The notes: generated by a model not told the origin, from the letters alone. A stretch of DNA of 64,000 nt from Balanoglossus misakiensis (GCA_040954595.2 CM082596.2:2474999-2538998); one strand, 5' to 3'. Positions 12,281-25,841 are shown, numbered from the stretch's first letter. Translations and numbers: made by a program.

Positions 12281-15200
12281 TTAATCATCATCGATGACGA
12301 TTGGTTCTTGAGGGATAGTTGGTGCGGGCGGTGCAGGCTTCCCAGCGACCTTCTTCCATGGACAGCGGGCGATCTGTCTTTGTTGGGAAATCGACAACTG
12401 CTTGCGTAATTTCCTGGTGAAAAAAACAAGATTATATCATGTTAAGTGTTAAACCTTCCTAAGATTCTATAAGAAGTAACAAGACAAGCACCATCAGTCA
12501 CTTTTGAGTTTCCTCCAGGCAAAGAAAAGAAATCTACTGAATTCACAGTTGAATTAGTATTTCTAATTCACAACACATACCTGGTCACTTCTGTGGCATG
12601 GAAACATACATCCTCTGGCGCATACATGGAGTTGGTCCTCTTTCTTCGTTTGACAGGGTGACTGTCGGAACGGCTGCTATGTGTGAACTGATGGCCACCA
12701 TTCACGCCACGTCCCTGCAAAGGAAAGGCAAACATGAAGGGAATTACAAATTGTCATCATAATTACTTGGTATGTGTCCGTGTGTGTCCGTATGTCAGTA
12801 TGGGTATACATAACTATATGCCGATATGTGCTTGGTATGTGTGTATGTTGGCATAGTGTGTGTGTAATGGACAACTGAGAATGAACACTTACTGAGGTGG
12901 CTGTGATTGGCTTGTTTGGTACCATTGGTTTTTGACCATCCAGGCGTACAACTCCTTGTTCTGTGATACAAAGAAGATTACCACATTATAACAACCATGT
13001 TAATTCCTGACATGCAACAGTGACTCGAAACTGCATGCAGAGATCTGAGTAGAATCAGTTGTCAAAGATTTCATGCAAACACATTCTTTATACTGAAATA
13101 TCATGATCTTATTTAGTGATAAGTATTTGTTTGCTATACGACTATCATGTGCTTGTGAAGATGTGCACATAGGAGAACCATACAACTAGTTAAATCACAA
13201 CCAACACGTGACAAGGGGTAGCACACATCACAAAATAACGCACAAGTTGCACGTTGACAACGACGACAAAGATCTGTGGAGATTGTACCTTTGATTGGCA
13301 CAATCTTGCTTGTGGATCGACCCACCACCGCGGCCAACTGACTACGTTTTGCCATTCCACCTTGCACCACAAAACGTGTCAGTGTGTTGTGTTAGAGTTA
13401 GAATGAGGAAAGGACGTATGAATGTTGTTAGTACACAGCACTCATACACAGGTCAGATGGACAATAGACAAAGAGTCAAATTCACTTCCATTTTCATGCA
13501 GAATCACACAGCAAATATGTTAGTTTCACCTTATTCACCAAAGTTTCATTCAAACCTCTGCCACCATGATTCACCGCAAAGATACAAAATACTGTGATAC
13601 AGTTCACAGGAAATGCTAATGGACAAACGATATGCTGTTGGGTAAACATCATCACATGAAAGAGCTACTTACCATCCAGTCCGTTGTGTTGTTCATATCC
13701 ACGTTTCCTAAGGATTGTTGGGGATATTGTGTTGATTCCTGAGTTGTTATCATCCTTCCCTGTTGAGAAGTAAAGAAAATGATGCTTTTATCTGGGTTCA
13801 TGTTCTTAGTCATTCAAAATTCCGAGACATTTCAGCAAATTTTCCAGGACCTTTGACCACACATACTGGACTTGAAAATGTGTTCGGTTATAGACATATT
13901 TCCAGATTAGACAGGGTTCAGTTTACACAGGTGTGACTGTACATCGAACATAGCACAATGAGTGGTACCTTTCTCTGGCTCAGGTCTGTGGATGAATGGT
14001 GAGAGGGGTGGCGGGAAGGACAGCCGTGGGGGTTCCCCTTTGGCCTTGGCCGGTTCCAGACATGCCGGTTTCTCCACCTTGGTGTCGATGCCGAGCCTGC
14101 CCACCACGATGTCCGATGATGGCCACTGTTTCTTCTTCAGGACCAGATCCTTGGCTGCATCAGGCAGTCGCACTTGGCCTGCAGGCAAAATAAAAATTGT
14201 GACGAGAGGGTTATAAGAATGCCGGACACTTCACTGCGATCCCTCAACTACGGTGATCATAGGGTTGGTTGGTCAAACCATTATTTACCAGAGTGTTGAG
14301 ATGTGAATATTACCTCAACAACACAATATATGTACCTACATATTACATGATATCACAGGGTTATATATAAAGTTTGGCATTATACGGAAGAGGGCACTGG
14401 GATGGTGTTTTGGACGAGTCATTGGTCCAACACCTTGTATATATGGACCGTTACATATGGTTACACGGAAACATCTTGTATAACAATCAAGAGGAAAGCT
14501 AGCTATTAAAGCACAAAGGATAGAAAGGTTAATATAATCTTGTGGAAAGTAGCTGGGAGGATGCTGAAATGATAAGTGTCACAGCAGGAGACATAAGACT
14601 TCCAAGTCCCCGGTTATAAAATCAAGATGCTGGTCATTCTCTGCAATCAGGTGAAGTTTCTAAGTGAAATGTGTGAAAATGAGTAGAAGATCCACCATTC
14701 TATGTTACCCAAGGTTTGCAAAGTATTAAAATGAGCTCCAGAAAATGAACTGACTCAAGGCCACATTGCTATCTACTCCAGAACAAAAGGAATTATTCAT
14801 CAAACCATTTGCCAGTCATGTTAATCAGGTCAACACAATGACCAGTTAAACGACTGCGACAAAATCACATCAGCCAATCAAATCGCACCATCTCCACCAG
14901 CGAATATCGCCACCAGCCAATCAATCAATCAGCACACAAAACCCAAAGTCCAATCAACGAATCAAAACAACCAACGATCAGGTTACATATCAGCTTATAA
15001 CTACATCATGAACATGCAGGTCAATTCAATCTCATTATTCACAATAAACAATATTCCAGAAAACTTGTTTTTTTCTAACAATATTCCAGACTTTCTAATT
15101 CCGAGAGAGTGACTTACATTCCTGTTTGATTGCAGTGATATTCATTGGTGAGAAAGGCGCCCTCGCGTGGTGACGAGCGTTTAACAAATCTTTGCATACT

Positions 15201-18200
15201 CTTCTGGAAATTCTAGTTAAGGTGGTAGAACTTAGGAAGAATGCCTGTCTGGTCTTCAGTACGGTCAGCTTACCCGAAGATGTCTTAATGGTCAAACCAT
15301 GCACCGTCTGACAGTGTCGTGCTAGGTGGGCTTTTAGTTTGAACTCCTGTAACAGCAAGAGATTGCAAATTACTATCATGCCATGCAAGTTCGGTATCTA
15401 GTCCCCGGAATGGAATTTCTAAATCCCAGAAAAGATATCAGTTGGGTTGGGGAGTGACTGGGTATAATTTGTATGTTGTTCTTAATTTCAATTTTCGAAA
15501 TTATCTACATGTGCTCGGGCATGAAGGTTTGATTTCAAGAACAAAAGGAAATGCAGTATGACTTCAGACAAACATCATCAAATATACAATCCCATTAATA
15601 ACTACGTTCTTGCTGAAACAGTTTTCAAACTTACAATGTTTACACACACAAATGATTCACTTTTTTTGTTGTTTTGCATACAAATCCAACGAGGCTCCAT
15701 GTTTTGATGACTACACAAATATATCGACACAAAAAGACGAAGCCAACCTTGCCACAACCACTGATGGTACACCGATACGGCCGATGTGCACTCATGTGGG
15801 CAGCCAGACGTTCCTGTCGGTAGAAAGCTTTGTTGCACACAGTGCACGCATACTGCGGCTCCTGGCTGCGATTTGGAATCGGACGGTCTCCCTCTGGAGT
15901 GGAAAGTTGGAAAGGAAACGACTTAGCTGTATGGAAGGTTACTATAAAACACACTGCACTGGGGGACCTCTTCTGCTGGGGGTTAGTGACGGTTACATTG
16001 GACTGCATGTTATGGTGATGCTACAAAGGTCAGTCTCCATGGTGGCAAAGGTCAAACCACACCGTGACATTGGACTTGTCTGACACCTGCCTGAAACAAT
16101 ATCTATATCAGAGTTGTCTCTTCATCCTACAGGGTCACATGCTGAACAGATTCTGGAGGAAGGGATGGACCAGGAAGAAGTTGACGAGTAACTATCCAAC
16201 ACCTCATGTGCTGTTCACCTCAGATTTCTCTGTCCAGTACAGCCAATTTAACAGCCAGACTGCAGCCTATCATATACTACACTCTGCACTTGACAATACT
16301 CAAACTGACTGAGAATGACACTAGATCTCCCAAGAGACAACAATTATCATGTAAACTACCTTCTGGAAATCACAGACATATCAACAACTTCCTTATATTT
16401 GTACACAAAGGTTGGTATTTACAGTTATTATGGTAACATGTCTACATGTGATGAATTGGGACTTTATGGATTATGGAGGGGGTTTCTGCGGCACAGGTTT
16501 TAATAGGTTTGGGCTTTACATACAAGCAAGACAGGGTTACACGTTGGACTGAGTTGCAGTTATTCATGCTTTGGAATGGCTTGGGCAGTTTAGAAAGGTG
16601 CAGTCTTCTCAGCATTTATCAGAGTAACTTGAAATGACATAGGAAAGTCTGCCGTCCAATCACACCAAGAACCCCTAATGTTTGATAAATAGACCCTGCC
16701 TTGCCAAATTGTACTATCTACAGTTCTACAGTCGGGATTTAACAACAGAGTAGTTGTGAAAAGATGTCAAACAAGACTAGGATTTCTACACGAGTGTGTG
16801 TACATCTTGTTTATTTCCCAGTGTCTCCACCACATGTTAAATTCTACACCTGTAAAATGAAGTGTGAGAAGCAAGCGTGTGCAATGAGAGGGGTGTGTAG
16901 TAAGTAGGTCATGTAGGAGGGTGAGGGGGACAAGACGAGGGAGGGACAAGACAAGCACCACCACCAATAACAACAAAAGGAAGGAAACATGCAAGGGGGA
17001 GAGGGGGAGCCATGAAGCAAAAGCACAGCCAGCCAAAACACCAAAGTCAGCATTCCTACCTGGAACGGAACCATCAACAACGCGATTGGGTATAGGCCTA
17101 TCTCCATCTGTGGAAAACAGTCACAAAGATGAGACAGAATGTTTAATCTCCAACTTCGGCAAGGTTGACATACCCCTGTCCAGTCAAAGTTAAAACCACT
17201 AAAGTTTGTAACAATGACAATCTTGAGTTATTTTCACTGGTGTCCTTCATTACCATAGGTTAAAACCCAAGTTTCCATTATTATGCATCATTGTCACTGC
17301 AATAAAAACTTCATATATGCCTGCACATATGTGATATTACAGCCTGTTCACTTCAATTTCTGCCAAACATCTCCAGCTCTCCATGACCAGAATTCCTGAG
17401 CTGAAACAATGAGGCTGGCTCAAACCATGGAAAGTAAAGAGTTAGACCCCACTTTCTCATACACTGTGTTGATGAGGTAATGTTATGCATAAACGTCAGA
17501 ACTTTAGAACCAGCACTAGAGGTAAATAATGGTGACCAACATACATGTAATGTCTAGCTACAGAGAGTACTTCTATGTTTCTGAAATAGCCATCTCATAC
17601 AACTGCCCTGGACGATAGCATTTTGCCTCACAGAGGTGTGAATCTGGTCGATCACAGTATAAGCACACGAACACCTATGCAGCTCCCAAAACAAACCAGG
17701 ACCACAAACTGATACAGCTGTACATAGATTCCACTCACCCAATCTGGTAGGCATCTTGAGGCCACCGTACTTCTTCCAATATATCCAGCAGGCAGCACAC
17801 AGTCGGCACTGCATGTTGGCCGGACCCCAGGAGTACCACTGATAAGATGAACCTGCTGTTTGAGCACAGATCAAAACACACCATTCAAAATTCAACAGCA
17901 ACTCAAACAGATCTCAACGCAGCTATCACTATTTATGTAACACATGTTATCAAAGACACAATGCAAGCTAGTTCATCATTAGCAGTAGATAGGTGTCAAC
18001 AAGGACATGTTCCACTGCACTGAATTATTTCTATGTGTCATATCAAACATTTTCACTGAGTATGGAAGTACCTCACTCACCATAGCAGCTTTCACAAGCT
18101 CGGCCGCCCGCACTGGGTTGCTGGATACCCGGCTTATTACTGATTTGGTTGGGATTTGGTTTATTACTGCAAAGGGAAGCAGACAGTGCAACCATGTTTA

Positions 18201-21200
18201 TATACATACAACCATCACCTGACAAAATTTACAATTTTCATAACAACCACTCCATTTGAGAATAACTGGTTCACAATCACCCACTGCCTGCAGCTACTTA
18301 CTAATTTGGGATGTAGACTTGTTTGAGTTTGCTCTCTGCTTCGGCTGCTTTCAGTCGTTTCTGCTGCACGTATCTGTCTGTGGTCTTCCACATGTAATAA
18401 TATTCTATTATACTAGGCAGTGACTTCCACGGAAGCTGTAACACAAAGTGACGAGAGTCAGAGGTTAAGCATGCAACAATCTACCTGTTGTGAAACATTC
18501 CGTGATGGAGTGCTACTACATGGGGTAAGTGAATAATAATTCTGTTACTTACAAAGTCTTGTCTGATATCGTTAAAATCTTTTCCATATTTTTCTAAGGC
18601 TTCTTCAAATAAATTAGCTTCTGAGGCAGACCACTCTTCCATCTGATCCCGGCACAAGACGGGACCGGCCTGAGGAACCAGGCTGGATATCGCCTTGGCA
18701 ATGTCGTAGTTATTTCTGTGCAGCACATCCATAGCATGGAACTGTAAATAAGCAAATGAAATTGATATAAGTCAAGTTTTGTTGAGAAGTCATTCCTCTA
18801 CCTTGTTCGAAGCTTTAAAGATGATTTTGCTATGAATCGAGAAAGAAAAGACTGTCTGTTGCAATCAGCAAAGAATACAATGAAGGAATCTTTTCCCAGT
18901 TCACCCACTAAACTAGCTAGCACCTAACTTATTACTTACCAGTGTCACATCTCTGGACGATGCAGCTGCACTCATATGAAGACTAGGTTGGCGTACTGAA
19001 CTGCTGCAATCTAACGCTCTGGCAAACGTCCCAACAGACCTGCAGGAGCGATAAAGTTTGGTCATATCATCAGAAGTCCATTATGTTGAAAGTTTCACAC
19101 AATCACTTATCAACAAACTGGTCACCTTGTTGGGCTGAATATGACAAGATTTTGGAAACGTACCTTGCTATGATCATAAACTGATCAATCTGTCTGTCTG
19201 TCAGTCCTCCGAGGGTGTTATACTGCAATACCTCCATTTTGGTTAAATCCCTTTCATCTGACTCGCCTGCAAATATTGATACATACATCATGTAAATACA
19301 TTGATGTGGAAATAGACATACAATATTCTGGCTATAATTTACACAACTATTCTGCACATTAGAAAATGCTGACTCTCATACCTTCTTTTAACATTGGTGG
19401 TATATCTGCCTGATACCTTGGACCGACCCTAATTTCCCCTTTGTCTGCTAGCAGTGTCTTCTGTTGTGGATCATATACCAGTGAATAAAAGAAAATATCC
19501 TAAAATAGGAACAAATATTTACATATTAATTGTGAAAAAAGACACATCAATTGCTTGATGTCAGAACACATAATTCGTCACACATCACCTTAAAAAACTT
19601 ACCTCTTTTAACAGATATGATTGTAGAGACTCTGTCTCATTGAGAAGTGTGACTATACATTTTCCTCGTATATGCGTTGCCGGCAGTGTGTCTAACTGAC
19701 GTGATAGGAACAGTTCCCTATGTTTCAGTTGATGTCGTTCTTTCTCGGATAAATCCTGGAAGTCCGCCTCTTGCTCTTCTTCAAGTGAAACTGAAACGAG
19801 ACGGCGTCACATTTTCAATTAAAATACCCAATCTCCAGCAGATCAAAATAGACTGTAGTGACCTTTTTTCCATTACTTTTTATCCGAGGCAGACTAACAC
19901 CATATGGAAGCACTGATCTATAAAAAGGTCAAATTATAGACAAATGACCTTTGACATCAAAATATACTAATTAGCTCGCACTACCGATCAAGACTGAGTT
20001 CGCTGTAAATTCAACCTTGTGAAAAACTTTCTCAGCAGCAAAATTTGGTATGGGCAACTGATTTTCAATGTCACAAAAAGAGCCAAAAGCCTACAACAAG
20101 GGGCACGTGACATGACACACGGTCTCTTGCAGCTTAAAACCTTGAGAGAGTGAAGCTGTATTGTCTGAAGAGTCTGATTTATTTTCCCCCTCTTCTATTC
20201 AAATGGAAATATGATACTGCTGTAGCTGTAAAGCAAAATCCTTTTTATCTTCTATTTCGCCCCCGAGCAATATATGCAGTTTTTGAGTTGAAGTAGCCAC
20301 ACAAGAAATATCTAGATAACGAACTGTGGACAATTGGAAAAGGCAATTCAGAGATTTAAGATGGCAAAGCAGGCACGATCAGAATTATTTGAATGATTCG
20401 GGACAGTACTTCAGTAACTGTAGTATTTCAAGCTTCTAAGTTTAGACAGATTGTGATAATCTACCGTTTTCATATAGACTGCTTTAGGACATTCTACTTA
20501 ATGAACCATATTAACCGGCTCACAAGTCTCCGAATTATAAAATTGAGATATAATGTACTTATATTACACTTACAAACGGTAGGAACACGCTATAAAACTG
20601 TCGAGAGAATGATCACTCTGTGTATAAATCATTATGTATATTTTGAAATATTTCAACATAAAATATCATTCCATCCCAAATAACACAATTATTCAGTTTA
20701 ACTCGTATAATTTATCCTAACTAATCTCATATTTCCTCAAAAATATGAATATTTCAGCCAAAAACCACTGGAAAACTATCGACCAATCAGCCGGCAGCGC
20801 CGCCGCAAACTCATTACATATGCAGCGACATCGACCAATCAAAAAAGTTTCCCAAATTGATCCTAAAGACTAATAAAGGCATTCAAACATGACATTTTTT
20901 ACCCATTTTTATTCAAGTTGACAAAAAGAAATTTTTCAGTTAGATTACAATTGACCATGACATACAAGTTTTAAAATTTCAATATTGAGATTGTCCACTT
21001 ACTTTGATGCTTGTCCGCAAGTTGAATAAGTGAACTTGATATATCCCTTCTTCGATAAAAACAGACAACTTTTGCTTCCACATTGCCATTTGGTGTCTGC
21101 GATTAATCAATAAGTCTCAGTAAGTAAACTATTTTTTCACTTCGTATGGCCATTCCCAGCATTATAAAGGTCTGGCAAACAGAGAAATATAGTGTATATC

Positions 21201-21935
21201 AATGATATTTAAGTTCAAAATAACATTATGGAAGTACAAGATGCAATCAAAGTATAGGAGGGTACCTTGTTTAATTCTTCAATTCTTCGTATAAGATACG
21301 GTTGGGAGGAGGATGTCTCGAAATAAACGTAATCTGTGGAAGGAATATGAGAAATTGAGACAAAAAATGTGGGGCCATTGTTCGTGTTGTTTAGACGGTG
21401 GTCACTAGATATCATTCCGCGCCGAGCAAAAACATAGTCCACGCAGACGCAAATGTGGCCAGTTTCAGTCGATTTCATCCAAAACAGGACACAAAACTCA
21501 GGGTAGGCGATGCATTTAATACTATATTCGGGGTGATCTGGGAACATGAACGGTAAATATGGCCAAATGTCGGCCGCAACGGGAGTGCCGCTTCACGCCC
21601 TACGCACTCTGTCACTTGTCCACCATTTTCTCACGACTCAGTCACCAAATGTCGCCAAGTGATCAATTTCTCGACATGAGGTTTATTTCATCGCAAATCG
21701 TAAATCTTGCGTACTTCTGAAATCGACAGCTCCGATCGATTTTAGCGACGGTCAACAAATTCATAAAGCCAATTCTAGGGTCTTCTGATCAAAGCGTGGG
21801 TCACGATCACGCTATCCAACCAACCCACCACCCGGCATAATATCCTATGAGCCAACCCCTACTTTTACAATAGGTACGCGTACGCTCGCTCGCGCTCTCG
21901 CACTCACCTCCAACTCGGTACATATTCGCCGCCAT
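12281..21935 (-). CDS. MTA1: Metastasis-associated protein (MTA1/2/3 co-ortholog), NuRD subunit: BAH-ELM2-SANT-GATA plus 2 C2H2 fingers and R1/R2 RBBP-binding segments
   Basis: Exons 21908-21935, 21266-21333, 21003-21096, 19603-19790, 19382-19499, 19164-19266, 18940-19039, 18553-18741, 18302-18435, 18081-18166, 17739-17855, 15748-15893, 15118-15346, 13969-14178, 13673-13759, 13289-13360, 12893-12960, 12581-12714, 12281-12413 (2304 nt, in frame). Motifs: [74 protein letters not shown]-terminal EPIVIDDD*. Confidence 0.95.
17060..17107 (-). CDS. MTA1: Alternative 48-nt MTA exon ([16 protein letters not shown]), paralogous to the start of exon 15748-15893
   Basis: Flanked by a TTTTCCACAG acceptor and a GTAGG donor, phase 1-1. 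It encodes the same GDRPIPNR peptide as the downstream exon using different codons. Confidence 0.75.
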
Positions 21936-22094
21936 TCTGACCAGTTTTACTTGAATACCCTTCCCGAGTTATAATGTAGGTATCCTAAACCATATAGGAC
22001 CGATATATTCCCACCTGCGATCGGCGAAGTGGAATTAGGTGCGGACACGGATCACAAAGAGCTCACCATTCCCGTGCCCGTTTTCTTCCTTTCT

Positions 22095-22420
22095 CCCGAT
22101 GACGTCACGTGTCCTTCGGAAATCTTCGTCGCTGGGGGCCCAAAACAAAACTGCATCTTACTAATTACAATTAAGATAATTTTTCACCCATGCAAATGTT
22201 CATATGCCACCAACACACCAAATTATAAACAAAAGTATAAATATTTCCCAAACACTTTCAAGGAAATATACCCAGGTGCTGAGCTCCATCACTGGTCGAT
22301 AAAGTTCGGGTACTTCCGGAGTTCGTTCGGCTCATACCGGTTGCCATGGGTAACGGGAATTAGGGAGGCAGTTTTGCCGATATCCAAGCCGGGGGGGGGG
22401 GGATGAAGGTCACGTGACTA
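22095..22420 (-). promoter_or_regulatory. MTA promoter region (CRE/E-box, X-box, CLEAR-type E-box)
   Basis: CpG-rich. TGACGTCACGTG at ~22100, GTTGCCATGGGTAAC at 22340-22354, GTCACGTGAC at 22409-22418. Confidence 0.5.
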
Positions 22421-25400
22421 TGTCATAGATAAACGCGGCAATCGACAATTGTTGTGGGTGACGGTTTGAGAAATCCACAACGGGAGACAGTGGGAGAGGC
22501 CCCACAAAACCCATGTATGTTGCACCTACACAGTGCACGTGCACCTTTCAGAAAAACAGCCCATGGTCTAATAAAAGGCAAACAAACACTGGCCTCCCTG
22601 AGCTTGTAGACTAGCAACCCCCTGCTCTCACACCATTTAAGACACGCTTCCAACATGAATTTAGACTGCTACGACATGTCTTAAACTTGTCGCAGTAACT
22701 CTGAAAAAATTAAAAAGAGGAAAAAGCCTAGGCCTATGAGCCAGCCGGCCTACCAAAATCGATGGATCCGAAACATACGGTTGTCCCTTAAAACCCACTT
22801 GGGAAGCATCGCGAATGATTGGTTGGCATTTTGCCAAGACATAATGCGATAGATGGTTTGTTTAGTTGTTGATCTTTGGTTGTGCTGTTACTGCAGTTTC
22901 GGTACTGTCACACAGCAACCATCTCCTAGGCCTAACAAGTCACTGTTGTCTTTGAACTTCACCGTTGATCACCAAATTCTCAAATGCACCTTTCATATTC
23001 AACTTTATTCGTGAATGGTTTTGATAGCGTGATAACAAAATCAGAAGCCGATGGCCTTGATTTGTCCACAAATGAATTTCATCTTACTTGATAGTCAAAA
23101 ATAAACTTCAGGCCCAAAATGACCTAAACGTCATATCTCCATCACCATCCCTTTTTCAGTTTTTATCTAACTTCTTGTAAAATACACAAAATATATAATC
23201 TGATGTCCCAAACTAACCAAGCAGCAAAACTATCTTATGAAACTGGATGCATAGCTAATTTATGAGATCGGGAAGTATCGTTTAAAACTTGCCATATTGA
23301 GATTGGCAAATCTGTTCACCTCCGTTTATTTTAATCAGTGATAAATTTACCATGGTGACCATTTCTTCTTGTTGCTTAGGGATGATACCTCATCAGTGCC
23401 GCTTCCTCACATCATGAGTGTTGCAGCGTTCCAAGTCATGCTATGGGATTGGCTACATTTATCCCCCAAGAAAATAGGAAAGGTAGGTTGTCTTGGTTAC
23501 CGAGCTATATAAATAACTTGATAACTTCAGGATGCGGGTCATCATGACGACATTGGTATATTGTTTTTTTCTCAAAACTAGTAGGCCTAAATGACTCAGG
23601 GATGTATTACACGGTACGCACCATGATGCCTTATTTGAACCACAGCCTCCGTACCCGTGTGACGTCACGTCTCTTATGACAACGCCCAGATGTTGTGATA
23701 TCTATGGCGAGACGAGACAGAACGATGTCATTTTTGTTGTTTTATGGGTCATCCGCTTTATAGTTGGTCTAAACATTGACCGGGGATTCGTCACCAATGA
23801 AGTGTGGGATATATGTGGTGTGAAACTTGTTGGAGGGGTACACCCCCGGGGTACACCACACGAAACTTCATCCATGATCCGAAATAAACAAATAAACAAA
23901 TCAATAAACAACAGGCAAGTCAGCTAATCAAGTATTCATCTAGCAGAAGCTGAAATAAATATTAGTCATTTTGTTTTTCTCTTTGCAAATGTTGTGCTTA
24001 TACTCCGTCTGGTAGGAATGTGACGATAAATTAGCAAAAAATCAAGTATTTTTTAATGTGGGACCTTCTGCGATAAAGGGTCGTGTTGGGTACTCATTTA
24101 TTCATTCTGTTCTTCCGTGTTCACGTGATTGGCGCGTGAGAACCGCCACATACTTCATACGCCATCGCCAGAAGGTGGCCACATCGAATGAATTTTGTGT
24201 TTAATTTCGATGCTCAAATCAGTTTGATGGGTCGTGCTGACAGTCGAGTAAACGCGCATGCGCGAACTCTTGTCTGTAAACACCTTCGAATACATGAATG
24301 TCATGCATGCACATCTCCTGTCGGATCAATGGGTCACGTGGTACAGTAGAGTGTGGTTTATCACAGTTGGGGTGAATGCATTACAAGTACTCTATAAGTA
24401 TCACTAACATACTCATTTCAATATAAGTTTATGCAAATATAATCATTTTATAAATCTTAATATCATATTTACAGAGCTGGTAGTCTATTTTCTCAGTCCA
24501 CTGGTTCCCCATATCTGTCTGTTTATCGATTCTAGACTTATGGCCACTCGACACACACTCAATACGACAAATTCGTTTCGTTTTGTTCTGTGCTTCAACG
24601 GTTAATCAGATTCTGTAAAAGTGTTGGAAAATGTCGCAGAGAAAAAAGGTTTATGTATATTTTACCAGGACAACTGTACACTTTCCAAAAATAACGCTTG
24701 TATGTGTGGATGAGTAGATTTTAGTTTTAATAATTTTGCACCAAAAGGCAAGAGCAATCTTAACTAAACCCCGACTTTGGTGCCTCTCGGATGATCATGC
24801 ATGGCTCCCGGTTGCCATGGAAAGTTTAAGTGGTATGAACGAACTTATTTAGATAAATCAAGTTTAATTTCTTCTTCGTTTTTACATGATGAAAAAGACC
24901 TGAAAACTTTTTTGTCCTGAGTATTAGATGTACGTGACTGTAATTGTCCTTAGTCCATGTCGCAAAACCAACAAGCGCACGTCATAAATGCCAAAGTGTC
25001 GCGCAAGTTTTCGAATCACGAAAGTCTAATTTCTGGTCGGTGGAGGACTCCAACACAGAAGCAAGAGATTTTACCGCAGAACACGGATACTTGTGAAACC
25101 CGGGAAAATAGCAGAGGCTGTGTGAATGTGTCAGTTAATTAACTGCCAATGTCTATTTAAAGTACCGCAAAGTTATGACGTGCAAATGGGACAAAATTAC
25201 CATGACAACGACACTGAATAGTTATTTGTCTGGCTTGAAAATTTGATCTCAATAATGGGATTTCAGCAGCGTGGGTTTAGAATAAAAGGCCACTGAATCT
25301 GATTATGCCTGATTTTTTTTTCTGGAAACCTAAAACAAAAAGACAACAGAACAAATAATTAGTTTTTCGCACATAAAAGGGAATTTTCGTTTATGCACAC

Positions 25401-25644
25401 AACCTGCTGCTGGACTTCATGCATAGTGATTGAAAAAAAAATCAATTTCAAGTTATAGACATGATTTTTGTCGTCAATTAATGTGTAGAGAGACAAATGG
25501 AATACCAATTAAATGGGTTAAAATTAAGCGATAAAACATCAATGAGACTATAATACAGCAGGAGACATGAACACATAAGTATGATGAAAAATAAAGCGCT
25601 ATCTGACGAAATACGAGTAAAGAGGTCTGTTCTGAAATTGTTAA

Positions 25645-25730
25645 TTTCGCGACGTCACCTACGTGACGTCATTGCTCTGTCTAACGAGTCAGGTGACAGT
25701 CATGTGACGAAAAAAAATGGCAGCCGACAT
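25645..25730 (+). promoter_or_regulatory. KIF16B proximal promoter (CRE-like sites, YY1-like motif)
   Basis: GACGTCACCTACGTGACGTCA at ~25651 and AAAATGGCAGCC at ~25714, about 120-190 nt upstream of the ATG. Confidence 0.45.
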
Positions 25731-25841
25731 CGACAACAGCAGTCAGCATTGCGGAGCTGTGTAAAATATTCATGAGTTGATTACCTCTTCCCAGAGAAAA
25801 ATAATACACCTTCCGCGAGATCGGGCGTTTGCTCACACAGG

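Noticed and set aside
22060-22100. Upstream MTA exon ending in ATG|GTGAG
   Set aside because: Splicing to the nearest AG before the conserved MAANMYRVG start would be out of frame and that acceptor is poor. It cannot be supported without transcripts.
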